NCBI GenBank assembly: GCA_965214095.1
Contig: OZ243938.1
Location: forward strand, 224,001 to 288,000
DNA: 64,000 nucleotides
Direction of reading: 5' to 3'
Source: Candidatus Poribacteria bacterium
Lineage (GTDB): Bacteria; Poribacteria; WGA-4E; WGA-3G
How positions within the stretch are numbered: position 1 is the stretch's first letter; the number at the start of each line of letters is the position of its first letter. Both the position numbers and the translations under genes were made by a program. Of this stretch, positions 9,104 through 19,300 are shown in pieces. The notes below the pieces were generated by a model, which did not search any database, was not told where the DNA came from, and saw only the letters and a list, made by a program, of their open reading frames with translations.

Positions 9104-10507
9104 ATGAAAAATACCCTCCTAAATACTCTCTTCATCATCTGGATAATAGTAGTACCACAGAGCTATAGTGCAGTAACTTCTATCGGTGAGATTAACGTCG
9201 TTGGAGAAACCAAAGGAATTGTCCCGGCAAGTTCTACTGTGCCATTGCTTGTTACACTTTCAATTGATAGGTCTTTGGCAGAACCCGGTGAAGAAATCAA
9301 GACTATTGAAATTACGATGCCAAAAGGTTTTCAAACCAGCGTAACAGATTTTAAAGGCATCACGCGCGATGGAGAAAAACTACTGGCTTCTGTCAACATT
9401 TCTGGTGGAAATGTCATACGTGTGGAACTTGCACAGGACATTAGAGATTTCCAAAATTCAATATATGACATTTTATTTGATGCACGTACACCTAACACCA
9501 TTTTTTTAGCAGAATTCAAAGTCATATTACGTAATAATGAAGATACACCAATTGGTGAATTTATACGTGCAGGACAAGCAGATTCAAAACTGAATAATGA
9601 CGATTTTACACTGCAGATCATTCCAAATGTTCCGCCTGCACCTGTTACTTCTTTCACTGCTGCAGCCGATACAACCGGTGAAAATGATGTAACACTCCGT
9701 TGGCAAAAATCAGAAGACCCTGATGTCAATGGATACATTATTTATAGAGACGTTGAAACCGTAATTAATGTAGAGAACCGTGCTGCTACAACATATCGGG
9801 ATGTCAATGTTCCTCCAGGAGAACATACATATCAGATTGCTGCATACAAGTCTATATATTTACAATCTGAGCGTTCTACTGAACAGAAAGTGGTTGTGTC
9901 AGAAGATTCTGCTGCGCCGCTTCCCCCGACCGCAATCAAAATTGAAGCAAAAATGGAAGGTGTAGAATTAACTTGGAATGCTAGTGTCAGTCGTGATGTT
10001 ACTAAGTATAAGATATGGTTCGGTTCGTCTGAAGCAACGACGCTTGAACCGCTTATGGAAGGTGAGATTACTGTTAATGACACCTCAAATGGATCATCGG
10101 AATATATGTACTTTGATCAAAGAACAATACCGAAAGGTAGTTTTACATTTACATATTCAGTGACGGCTATAGATGAGGCAGGAAATGAATCTGCACCTAC
10201 GAAGAAAAGACTTAGAGTATTTGATAGACCATTCCCAAATCCATTTACTCCCCTTTCTGGTGATTCTGACTTTAACACCGTAGTTTTTCCAAAACGGACA
10301 ATTGAAGACAGTGAAGGAGAATTCAATGTACTTCTCTTTAACCTAAATGGTGTTCTTGTAAAATCTCTAACAGCACAACTTGATGAAGACGAACTTCGTT
10401 GGGATGGTAAGAATGAAAGCGGTGAGGTAGTTGAGAGTGGTATTTATATCTATCAATTGCAAGTTGGGGATAGTTTTGCAACAGGGACAATAATTGTAGC
10501 AAAATAA
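9104..10507 (+). CDS. Secreted fibronectin type III protein with FlgD-Ig/T9SS-CTD-like C-terminal domain
   Basis: Signal peptide; FN3 motifs VTLRW...GYIIYR and YSVTAIDEAGNES; C-terminal PFPNPFTP...WDGKNESGEVVESGIYIYQL. Confidence 0.75.
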   Translation: MKNTLLNTLFIIWIIVVPQSYSAVTSIGEINVVGETKGIVPASSTVPLLVTLSIDRSLAEPGEEIKTIEITMPKGFQTSVTDFKGITRDGEKLLASVNISGGNVIRVELAQDIRDFQNSIYDILFDARTPNTIFLAEFKVILRNNEDTPIGEFIRAGQADSKLNNDDFTLQIIPNVPPAPVTSFTAAADTTGENDVTLRWQKSEDPDVNGYIIYRDVETVINVENRAATTYRDVNVPPGEHTYQIAAYKSIYLQSERSTEQKVVVSEDSAAPLPPTAIKIEAKMEGVELTWNASVSRDVTKYKIWFGSSEATTLEPLMEGEITVNDTSNGSSEYMYFDQRTIPKGSFTFTYSVTAIDEAGNESAPTKKRLRVFDRPFPNPFTPLSGDSDFNTVVFPKRTIEDSEGEFNVLLFNLNGVLVKSLTAQLDEDELRWDGKNESGEVVESGIYIYQLQVGDSFATGTIIVAK

Positions 10508-10528
10508 GTCAGCCATTTCAAAGCCTCG

Positions 10529-10603
10529 GTAGATGCGGTTTCCTAACCACATCATAAGTAGCAATTTAGGAATCATGCCAATTGTTGGAGGGTTTAAAAC
10601 TCG
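10529..10603. repeat. GTAG-REP copy and a second-family REP remnant
   Basis: GTAGATGCGGTTTCCTAACCACATC (10529-10553). TTGTTGGAGGGTTTAAAACTCG (~10582-10603) resembles the reverse complement of ~616-639. Confidence 0.55.
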
Positions 10604-10788
10604 TATTATACAGGTTAATACTTACAAAACCTATTAACAAGAGACTCCGACACTTATGTTGTTAATACCGATCTCACACAGATAAAATTATAGAGTGTTT
10701 CTTATCAACCTATTGACTTAATTACAATATAACAAGTATACTATATTTCATATTCTTATCTAAGAAAACAATTTGTAAAGGAGCAAGC

Positions 10789-11817
10789 ATGAAAAGATTA
10801 AAGACAGTTTTATTTCCATCACACATAATTGCATTAACTATTATTTTTAGTTTATTGATTTCCTTACCAGCTATGGCAGGGTGGCTTGTCTTGCAAGAAA
10901 ATGATCCCGCTATCAGAGATTATATGTCAATCTTTTTTACTGGTGAAAAAACAGGGTGGGTTGTAGGTTCAGCTGCATTTGAAGATTATGAAAATCCAGG
11001 ATTCATTGGATTTACGTTGAATGGCGGAAAAACTTGGAATAGATCCGAACTCAGGCTGGAATCTGATTTAACTGATTTATACTTTTTTGATGAAAAACAC
11101 GGTTGGGCAGTAGGACAAAATGGCTTAATCGCCAATACAACTAACGGCAAAGATTGGGAACTTCAAGTCAGTAAGGTTCCTGGTTTAGCACTTACAAACG
11201 TCAATTTTGTCAATGAAAAAGTTGGATACGCAGTTGGCGAGAACGAAACTATTCTTTCAACGAAGAATGGCGGACGACAATGGAAAATCATAAAAGGTGG
11301 ACAGCTCGGTTCTGGTATTGGTGATGATGAGACAACTATGTTTAACTCAGTTCAGTTTCTTGATGAAAAGACTGGATTTGTTGCTGGCATACGCGTTTTC
11401 CCCAACGAGAAAACACAGAAAAGCGTTATCATGAAAACCGAAGATGGTGCACAAACGTGGATTTCTCAAGAGACTGGTCAAGAAGATATTCTTGAAGACA
11501 TATACATGCTAAATAAGGATACAGGTTGGGCAGTCGGTGAAAACGGTATTATTCTCCATACAAAAGACGGTGGAGCAACGTGGAAGAAACAGGTAAGTGG
11601 AACTGAAGAGACACTCCGTAGTGTCCATTTTGCAAGTGAAAAAGTTGGACTTACCGTTGGCGGCGAACTCGGTGTCGGTGTCTATATCACTACTACCGAC
11701 GGTGGTCAGACATGGACTATTGAAAGTACAAAACAGAAAATGATGAAGGCACATTTTCTTAACATCAATCATGTTTGGTTAGCAGGTTCAACAGGGTTGA
11801 TCATGAAGAAAGAATAA
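10789..11817 (+). CDS. YCF48-like/BNR-repeat beta-propeller, secreted
   Basis: Signal peptide; repeated GWAVG..G.I..T.DGG.TW units. Confidence 0.85.
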   Translation: MKRLKTVLFPSHIIALTIIFSLLISLPAMAGWLVLQENDPAIRDYMSIFFTGEKTGWVVGSAAFEDYENPGFIGFTLNGGKTWNRSELRLESDLTDLYFFDEKHGWAVGQNGLIANTTNGKDWELQVSKVPGLALTNVNFVNEKVGYAVGENETILSTKNGGRQWKIIKGGQLGSGIGDDETTMFNSVQFLDEKTGFVAGIRVFPNEKTQKSVIMKTEDGAQTWISQETGQEDILEDIYMLNKDTGWAVGENGIILHTKDGGATWKKQVSGTEETLRSVHFASEKVGLTVGGELGVGVYITTTDGGQTWTIESTKQKMMKAHFLNINHVWLAGSTGLIMKKE

Positions 11818-12030
11818 ACCGAATCAGATTTTGTTACATTGAAGATGGGTGTTAATCGCATAAACTGAACGAGTCTTGTTTGCGTCTAATACGATTGAGT
11901 AGTGCTATCAGACCAGTTATGCAACACACTTCTCTATTCCCAAAACACAATTACAATCATCATATAAAATTGTAATTTAAGGGCATTCTCACTATATTGA
12001 AACAAATAGTGAGAAGAAAAGGAGGTCATT

Positions 12031-13203
12031 TTGGACAGCCCTATATTCGCCAAGCGTATGAGCCGCTTGGGAACAGAATCGGCATTTGAGGTGTTAGCCA
12101 AAGCCAAGAGTTTAGAAGCACAAGGTAAAGACATTATACATTTAGAAATTGGTCAACCTGACTTTACGACCCCAATGAATGTATGTGAAGCAGCATTCAA
12201 GGCAATGAAAGATGGGCACACAGGTTATTGTCCATCCGCTGGAATACCTGAATTCCGTGAAGTTGTCGCACAACATATCGGTGAAACTCGTAATATTGAT
12301 ATTCACCCAGACGAAGTTACAGTAACACCTGGCGCAAAACCGATCATCTTTTTTACTATCTTAGCATTAGTGGATGATGGTGATGAAGTAATCTATCCGG
12401 AACCAGGTTTTCCTGTTTATGAATCAGTGATTGATTTTATCGGTGGTAAAGCAATTCCTCTTCCACTCCGTGAAGAAGTTGATTTTCGATTCCGAATTGA
12501 AGATCTTATAGACAGAATCACAGACCGAACAAAACTATTGATCCTCAATTCTCCCCAAAATCCTACCGGTGGCATCCTAACAGAATCTGACCTAACTGAT
12601 ATAGCAGAACTTGCACAGAAACATAACTTTTATATTCTTACCGATGAAGTTTACTCGCGTTTACTCTATGAAGGAACGCATCAAAGCATCATAAGCCTAC
12701 CAGGTTTGAAAGAGAAGACAATATTAATTGATGGACATTCAAAGACTTATGCTATGACTGGTTGGCGATTAGGATACGGTGTTGCCCCTCGCGAGATTGC
12801 AGATAAGATAACACGATTGACCATCAACTCAAATTCATGCACAGCCACTTTCACACAATATGCAGGTATAGAAGCATTGGTAGGACCTCAGACGTTCGTA
12901 ACACAGATGGTAGCAGAGTTTAGAAAACGCCGTGATGTCATTGTAGATGGATTAAATGCTATTGACGGTATTTCCTGTGTCAAACCACTCGGTTCATTTT
13001 ATGTTTTTCCGAATGTATCAAAACTACCACTTTCATGTGAAGAACTTGCTGATTATATAATGAATGAGGTAGGCGTTGCGTTATTACCCGGCACAGCATT
13101 TGGGAAGTACGGTGATGGGTATCTTAGACTTTCTTATGCAAATTCTTTAGAAAATATAGAAGATGCCCTCAACAGAATACAAACTGCTGTTTCCAAGTTG
13201 TAG
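12031..13203 (+). CDS. PLP-dependent class I/II aminotransferase (aspartate aminotransferase-like)
   Basis: IGQPDF, NSPQNPTG, DEVY, SKTYAMTGWRLG (PLP Lys), YLRLSYA. Confidence 0.9.
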   Translation: MDSPIFAKRMSRLGTESAFEVLAKAKSLEAQGKDIIHLEIGQPDFTTPMNVCEAAFKAMKDGHTGYCPSAGIPEFREVVAQHIGETRNIDIHPDEVTVTPGAKPIIFFTILALVDDGDEVIYPEPGFPVYESVIDFIGGKAIPLPLREEVDFRFRIEDLIDRITDRTKLLILNSPQNPTGGILTESDLTDIAELAQKHNFYILTDEVYSRLLYEGTHQSIISLPGLKEKTILIDGHSKTYAMTGWRLGYGVAPREIADKITRLTINSNSCTATFTQYAGIEALVGPQTFVTQMVAEFRKRRDVIVDGLNAIDGISCVKPLGSFYVFPNVSKLPLSCEELADYIMNEVGVALLPGTAFGKYGDGYLRLSYANSLENIEDALNRIQTAVSKL

Positions 13204-13223
13204 ACAGATTTAGGATATATAAA

Positions 13224-14132
13224 ATGTCTCAGAAAGCGACAGCGCGAATTCCCGCAAGCACAACAAATCTTGGACCCGGGTTTGATGTACTGGGATTAGC
13301 ACTGCAACTTTATAGCACCGTTTCATTGGAAATCACAAAAAATGAAACAGATGTTATTGTCAGTGGTGTAGATGTTGATAAGATACCAAGCACAACGGAA
13401 CACATTGCTTTTCGTGCGGTAGAATACGTTTTTCAAAGTTGCGGACAACAACTACCTAATGGCTTAATATTGAACATTGCTAACGGTATTCCTGCTATAC
13501 GGGGTTTAGGCGGCAGTGGTACTGCTATCCTTGGCGGGTTGTTAACAGCAAATGTTTTATGTGGTAATCCGTTTTCTCGTTCAGAACTACTCAATTTTGC
13601 CTCAGCAATTGAAGGGCATCCAGACAATGTTGCTGCTTCTTTGCTTGGAGGTCTGGTTATATCGGTACAAGAAAATGACCATATCCATACAATAAAGATA
13701 CCATGCGATCCTACTTTACACATTGTACTCGCTATCCCTGAATTCACATTGTCTACTCAGAAAGCGCGTGACATTTTACCCAAAAAAGTAGAATTTGCAG
13801 ATGCTATATATAACATAAGTCGAAGTTCACTACTTGTGGCAAGTATAGCATCTGGAAAATTAGACATTCTTTCAACTGCGATGTCTGATAAACTTCATCA
13901 ACCATATCGCAGCAGAATTATCCCTGGATTTAATGATGTCGTTGATGCAGCAACTTCTGCAGGAGCTCTGAGCACTGCATTAAGTGGCGCGGGACCAACA
14001 ATTGCGGCCTACTGCATTGATAACATGCAGGAAGTTGGTATTAGCATGCAGGAAGCATTTAGTGATAACGACATCCGTTGTGAAATAAAGATATTGAGTG
14101 CAGATCTGGATGGGGCAAAAGTGTGGACATAA
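13224..14132 (+). CDS. thrB: Homoserine kinase
   Basis: PASTTNLGPGFDVLGLAL, IPAIRGLGGS, EGHPDN, LHQPYR, SGAGPT. Confidence 0.95.
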   Translation: MSQKATARIPASTTNLGPGFDVLGLALQLYSTVSLEITKNETDVIVSGVDVDKIPSTTEHIAFRAVEYVFQSCGQQLPNGLILNIANGIPAIRGLGGSGTAILGGLLTANVLCGNPFSRSELLNFASAIEGHPDNVAASLLGGLVISVQENDHIHTIKIPCDPTLHIVLAIPEFTLSTQKARDILPKKVEFADAIYNISRSSLLVASIASGKLDILSTAMSDKLHQPYRSRIIPGFNDVVDAATSAGALSTALSGAGPTIAAYCIDNMQEVGISMQEAFSDNDIRCEIKILSADLDGAKVWT

Positions 14133-14260
14133 TACCAATTCTGAAAGTTAAAGTCGCATTAGGAGTTTATTAGTCGTTGTAAATGTACGAGACGCAATGG
14201 ATTGCGCTTGGTGAATGTGCTTATGACATTACATTGAACCAGTTATTTCTCTAAGGGTAT
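14132..14260. repeat. MITE-like element starting at the thrB stop codon; its first ~40 bp recur at 34242
   Basis: ATACCAATTCTGAAAGTTAAAGTCGCATTAGGA versus ATACCAACTCTGAAAGTTAAAGTTGCATTAGGA (34242). It ends ...GGTAT and contains a degenerate REP, GTACGAGACGCAATGGATTGCG. Confidence 0.5.
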
Positions 14261-14337
14261 GTTCTCAATTACAAACACTATAAGATGACAGTATCATAAT
14301 TTGAAATCATAAGAAACAAGCATTGTTAGGAAAAAAT

Positions 14338-17064
14338 ATGTCTAATTTCTATGCAGAAACAATTTCTTTTCTGCAGAACCAGTTCAATACAGATTTAGAA
14401 TCTGGCTTGAGTCACGCTGAAGTTGAAAAGTTAAGAGTAGAACACGGTGAAAATGTCTCAATGTCCAAATTCAAATCTTGGAATATGTCATCTTATCTTG
14501 AGCAGGTATTCAACTGGAGATTATTATTACTGGTACTTACCTCAGTACTTTTCGGTATTGCTGGTGACTTATATGGTACAATTCTCATTGGTACAATTGC
14601 AATTATTTCACTATTGTGGGCAACAGTTGTGGCAATTAGTTCTCAGATTAGACAAAAACACCTTCAAAAGCAATTCAACTACAAAGTATCTGTAATCCGG
14701 CAAGGCAAGCAAGAACAGTGTCATCCATCAGACATTGTTCCGGGGGACCTTCTTGTACTTAGGCAGGGGAACTATATTCCCGCTGATGCCCGAATAATAC
14801 AAGCGGATGGACTATTTGTTGATGAGTCAAGTTTGTTTGGAAGTAGTGGTGCTGCGAAAAAAGATGTTAAAGAAATAACTGAAACTGGTATCCCACCTGA
14901 ACAACAGACAAACATGGTTTTTGGTGGTACTTTTGTTGACGCAGGAGTTGGGAATGCAATTGTCGTCAGAACGGCTGATGAGATGGAAATGTATAAGATA
15001 AATACAGAAAACCGTCAGATGCCTAAAGAAATGACTGGTGATGAAAACCAATTAAAGTTTTGTAAAGACATATTGATATTTGCTGGTCTGGTCGTCGGGA
15101 CAATTGCTGTCGCAATCTCATGGTGGCAACAATCCTCGCTAAATCCCACTACCAATTGGATACAATATGTTCAAATCGTGTTGATATTTGCTTTAGCTGC
15201 GACACCCTATAACTTATCTTTACTATTGAATACCATTATAGATCGTAGATCTTTTGGCTTGACCAAAAGAGGATTGGTGTTACGAAATAGCAAAGATTTT
15301 GAGAAGTTAAACCGGCTCACTGCTTTCTGTTCTGATGAACAAGGCATTGTAAGTACACAATCTCTGACAATTTCCAATATCTTTGTGGATGAACAAATTG
15401 TTAATCGGTCAACATGGGAAAAATGGTTGACATCACTTGAATCACATCCATCGGATGAAATAAGTGAACGTGTTAGTAATATATCACCTGGATTTCATAT
15501 TCCGCAAGGTGCCCCAGGTTTGGTATTGACCGCCGGTTTGGGTACATCTGGGGAACGATACTATGATAGGAATAACACAGAACAATCACATCAACAAGTT
15601 ATACATGCTGCTGTGGAAAAACTCGGATACCAATTGAATACTATAAAATCTAATATGCAGCTTGTTACAGAATACCCTTGGACTGCAAACTTTGGATTTG
15701 AACTTCATGTATTTAAATCTGGGGATGATGAGTATTTGAATATTATAGTTGGTGATGCAGGCGATGTCTTGGAAGCAAGTGATTCTATCCTTGTTAATGG
15801 GGAAATAACGGAGTTTTCTTACGAACAATTTGAAAATTGTAATGAAATCCTAAAATACATGAAAAACTCCAGAGAACATGTCTTCGGTATAGCCTCTGTA
15901 CATTCTGAAATGCCATTGTCCCCTCCTGAAGTTCAGGGAGTATCAACTTTTTTAGGGTTCATCAGTTTTTCTGCTACAGATAAGAAAGAGACTATTTCGG
16001 TGATTAAGTCTTTCCTTGACACCGGCATTAAGGTCATTCTGATTAGCGAAGTAGATGAACAGACAACCACAGATTTGGCAAGAGAACTTGGACTTGCACA
16101 CACCCGAAACGCCGTTGCAACAAGAGAAGAACTCATAAATCTTACAACACAAGAGTTTGATCGTGAAGTGCCAAATTTGAGCGCATATTCTCAACCGACG
16201 CAAGAACAGAGACGTAACATTGTTCGCAGTTTGAAGCGGCATGATAATTCGGTAGGATATTTAGGTCAAAGTTCTATTGATCAACGGGCAATGATTGCAG
16301 CGGATATCGCATTTGCTGATACAAGATATGCAACACATTACGCACAAGACCACGCGGATTGTCTGATAATTGACAAAGGTTTTAAGTCAGTAAAAGAATG
16401 TATGATATATGCGCGTGAAGTATATCTAAACCTTTCAGGAACATTGCGGTGGTGTCTTTCTTGCACAATCGCTCAATTCTTAGTAGTGATTTTCGGTTTG
16501 ATCTTACACACTGGGTTTAATTATGAAATGCCACTCTCACTGAAACAGGTCGTTTGGGTGCAATTCTTGACAACACTGCTGCCAGCCATCGGGTTAGGCT
16601 ATGAGAAACTGTTTGTAGATTCTAAACATTACAATACCAGTAGAACGACTTCTTTACTACCGAAGACTGCAGTGTTTGATATTGTGTGCAGAAGTGTTGT
16701 TATCAGTTTGATGACAATTATACATTTCTTAGTAATTACATTTACATCGGAAGAATTTAATCTATTAGAGGCACAATCAGCAACATGCACAACGCTTTTC
16801 TTTACACAAGTGGTTTCCTACTTCCAATGTATGCGCTATCCGTGGGAGTCACTCTTCAAAAGGATGTTTGTCAACATTCGGCTATTATTTGTTTTTATAC
16901 TGGTAATTGGACTTTATATGGCTGGTATGTATATTGAATTCATACATTCTATAATTGGTATCGTTCCACTTCAAAAGGATTGGATAATCACTGGTTTGTG
17001 TAGTATTATTTTGCTGTTATTACCACTAAATTTGGCTATTAATCCTCGTAAAGATATGATTTAA
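14338..17064 (+). CDS. P-type (P2A/Ca2+-ATPase-like) homologue with degenerate catalytic motifs
   Basis: Cation_ATPase_N (GLS..EV..LR...GEN), VPGD..IPADARI, NMVFGGT and C-terminal TM helices are present. DKTGT is DEQGI, TGES is FGSS, GDGxND is GQSSID. Likely start ATG 14338. Confidence 0.85.
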   Translation: MSNFYAETISFLQNQFNTDLESGLSHAEVEKLRVEHGENVSMSKFKSWNMSSYLEQVFNWRLLLLVLTSVLFGIAGDLYGTILIGTIAIISLLWATVVAISSQIRQKHLQKQFNYKVSVIRQGKQEQCHPSDIVPGDLLVLRQGNYIPADARIIQADGLFVDESSLFGSSGAAKKDVKEITETGIPPEQQTNMVFGGTFVDAGVGNAIVVRTADEMEMYKINTENRQMPKEMTGDENQLKFCKDILIFAGLVVGTIAVAISWWQQSSLNPTTNWIQYVQIVLIFALAATPYNLSLLLNTIIDRRSFGLTKRGLVLRNSKDFEKLNRLTAFCSDEQGIVSTQSLTISNIFVDEQIVNRSTWEKWLTSLESHPSDEISERVSNISPGFHIPQGAPGLVLTAGLGTSGERYYDRNNTEQSHQQVIHAAVEKLGYQLNTIKSNMQLVTEYPWTANFGFELHVFKSGDDEYLNIIVGDAGDVLEASDSILVNGEITEFSYEQFENCNEILKYMKNSREHVFGIASVHSEMPLSPPEVQGVSTFLGFISFSATDKKETISVIKSFLDTGIKVILISEVDEQTTTDLARELGLAHTRNAVATREELINLTTQEFDREVPNLSAYSQPTQEQRRNIVRSLKRHDNSVGYLGQSSIDQRAMIAADIAFADTRYATHYAQDHADCLIIDKGFKSVKECMIYAREVYLNLSGTLRWCLSCTIAQFLVVIFGLILHTGFNYEMPLSLKQVVWVQFLTTLLPAIGLGYEKLFVDSKHYNTSRTTSLLPKTAVFDIVCRSVVISLMTIIHFLVITFTSEEFNLLEAQSATCTTLFFTQVVSYFQCMRYPWESLFKRMFVNIRLLFVFILVIGLYMAGMYIEFIHSIIGIVPLQKDWIITGLCSIILLLLPLNLAINPRKDMI

Positions 17065-19010
17065 ACCCAGAACCCGTAGGTCGGTATTCCACCGATAATT
17101 CCGATAATTGTCCAGATACTTCCAATTGTGAACTCACCAAGGATTAAACCTAAAAAGAATGGGGCTACCTTCCGATACCTTACGGGTCCACCATATTTTA
17201 GAATGATTAATTTGATAAGCCAACTCATGAATAAACAACCCCAAGTAACGTTCATACCCCAACTTGTTGAAATGGCAAATCCTGCTGGATGAAAGGGCCA
17301 CCAAACAAACCGCATTCTAAATAGCATCAAAAAGGTTGTCATCAAATACCCGAACACTGTAAAAGCAGTTTCAGGAACAAGTGTCCCAGTTGGTGATTGT
17401 AACCAACCTGTGAGTCTTCTGTAAGGTTCAATACCGAAAGCACTCAAGGATGGTGAAGGGGCACGAACTTCCATACCTAACTGATAACCTCGGTCAATTA
17501 ATGCCCAGAATCCTGCTAAAGAACCTAATGCAGCTGCAAACATCAATGCAAAAACAATGCGTCGCATTGACATATTCGTCCGTTCTATTATCTTGAAACC
17601 TTCCAATTGATGGGGCATCGGGTGGCTGCGGTAGGCACGGTTGATAAACCAAAACAGTGAGAACATCACAAGGTTTTCTCTGCCTAACTTACGGGTACCC
17701 ACAACTCTTGTTAGGATCTGATCAGGGCCCGCATAATGAAGATCGTGAACAGGTGTTCCTAACTCAGCACGCATGCGTGTGATAGCAATAGAAATCATAT
17801 AATAAATTACAAAGAAAACAAACATAATACCGATGTTTGCACCACCGTAGTAACAAAATACGACCAAGAATAATATTGCCATGATCAATCCGAATACTGC
17901 ACCTCTATACGAAAGTGGGCCCTCTTTTGCTTGTGAGTTGTCTCTACTAAAAATCATCCGCCCAACCCAAAGCAGATGTCGTCTACTTGCCCAAATAGCA
18001 AGAACGCACAATGCAAGATACCCACCAGACGCTTGCTCGTTAAGATATGGGAATCTTGGTAGACTTCTAAATCCGAACATCGCTCCAACGACACGCAATA
18101 TCCGCCAATACCAGAAGAAAAACCAACAGGAAAATGAAAGGTCAAGAGGAATAAAAAAACCGAGTCCAATTGCAAATGGATATAGTGAAAAAGGGATATT
18201 ACCCATCGCATTCCAAGGACTGTCAGTGAAAATTCGGTAACTCCGATTCCGGGTAGGTAACTCCGGAAAAAAAGGATACAAGAAACTTAACCCATTCCAC
18301 AAGGCTAAACCACCTGCAATACAGAATCCCACCCACATAACCTTATTCTTAAAGAAGTTGTTATGGGCAGCACCAGTCAATTGAAGCGGAAGATGGATTA
18401 TCGGGTAGCTTAGTTTTTCATACTCTATCCACTGTTTTCTAATGATGATGTTGATGCAGAGCATACCAAATACTAATACACCGATGAAGACTGTCCACCA
18501 CAGAACGGGTGTTGCCCAACCGAGTAGCGTTTGATATGTATAGAGCGGTAAGTCACCTTCATAGTAACCCCGTAGTAATTCACTGTTACGGACAGTAAGC
18601 CATTCCGGTAGATAAGGAAGGAACAGCTGCTGCCATTCATTCTCTGGAGTTGCGAAGCGAAACGCATGTCCCAACATCGGCACTAATATCTCAAGCATAT
18701 CGTGACCAGTAATTCCGGATGCAATAGAAAGCATCAAATAGACAACTACCAATTCACTCTGTGCTAATGCTAAAGGAGGGAGGACTCGTTTCAACAGTTG
18801 GTTGAGACCTATTATAACAAACAGAGAAAATATTACATTGAAAAAGAGGGAAATCGTGACAGGATGTCCTGAATAACGGATTACCTCCATCTCAATCACC
18901 CAATAACAGTTGATCGGTATGAGGATGGCAGCGATAAGGATAGATTTGATAGTAACCCCGTGGGGAGGAATCTGTGAAGGATTAAATGCCGGGGTCTGTT
19001 GTATTTCCAT
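17061..19010 (-). CDS. DUF6785/DUF6784-type polytopic membrane protein (putative peptide/oligomer transporter)
   Basis: RKQWIEYEKLSYPI, RMRAELG, WWPFHPAGF, PFFLGLILGEF; many TM segments. Confidence 0.7.
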   Translation of the reverse strand: MEIQQTPAFNPSQIPPHGVTIKSILIAAILIPINCYWVIEMEVIRYSGHPVTISLFFNVIFSLFVIIGLNQLLKRVLPPLALAQSELVVVYLMLSIASGITGHDMLEILVPMLGHAFRFATPENEWQQLFLPYLPEWLTVRNSELLRGYYEGDLPLYTYQTLLGWATPVLWWTVFIGVLVFGMLCINIIIRKQWIEYEKLSYPIIHLPLQLTGAAHNNFFKNKVMWVGFCIAGGLALWNGLSFLYPFFPELPTRNRSYRIFTDSPWNAMGNIPFSLYPFAIGLGFFIPLDLSFSCWFFFWYWRILRVVGAMFGFRSLPRFPYLNEQASGGYLALCVLAIWASRRHLLWVGRMIFSRDNSQAKEGPLSYRGAVFGLIMAILFLVVFCYYGGANIGIMFVFFVIYYMISIAITRMRAELGTPVHDLHYAGPDQILTRVVGTRKLGRENLVMFSLFWFINRAYRSHPMPHQLEGFKIIERTNMSMRRIVFALMFAAALGSLAGFWALIDRGYQLGMEVRAPSPSLSAFGIEPYRRLTGWLQSPTGTLVPETAFTVFGYLMTTFLMLFRMRFVWWPFHPAGFAISTSWGMNVTWGCLFMSWLIKLIILKYGGPVRYRKVAPFFLGLILGEFTIGSIWTIIGIIGGIPTYGFWV

Positions 19011-19300
19011 GTAGTTTTAGATTCAATAGTTATACAAGTTTTATGTAGTCTACAGTATTATGAGTAGCTTGTCAACACCTTTATGTGTGTAGCCAGAGGC
19101 ATTTAACGTTAGTGAATAATATTAAACAGAAAGCCGAAAACTAAATAATCTTGCTCCTATACTTTATCTTTTTCTTAACAATGTAATTGTGGTATAATTG
19201 AGATATTCACAAATAGTGACAATCTATAACAACAAAAGTCCTAAAACAAACCTATTTGACTATAGGAACAATATAAAGAAACACCATCTCAAGAAAATCA

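Noticed and set aside
10789-11817. YCF48 similarity as evidence of photosynthesis
   Set aside because: The BNR propeller family is widespread in non-phototrophs, and there are no photosystem genes here.
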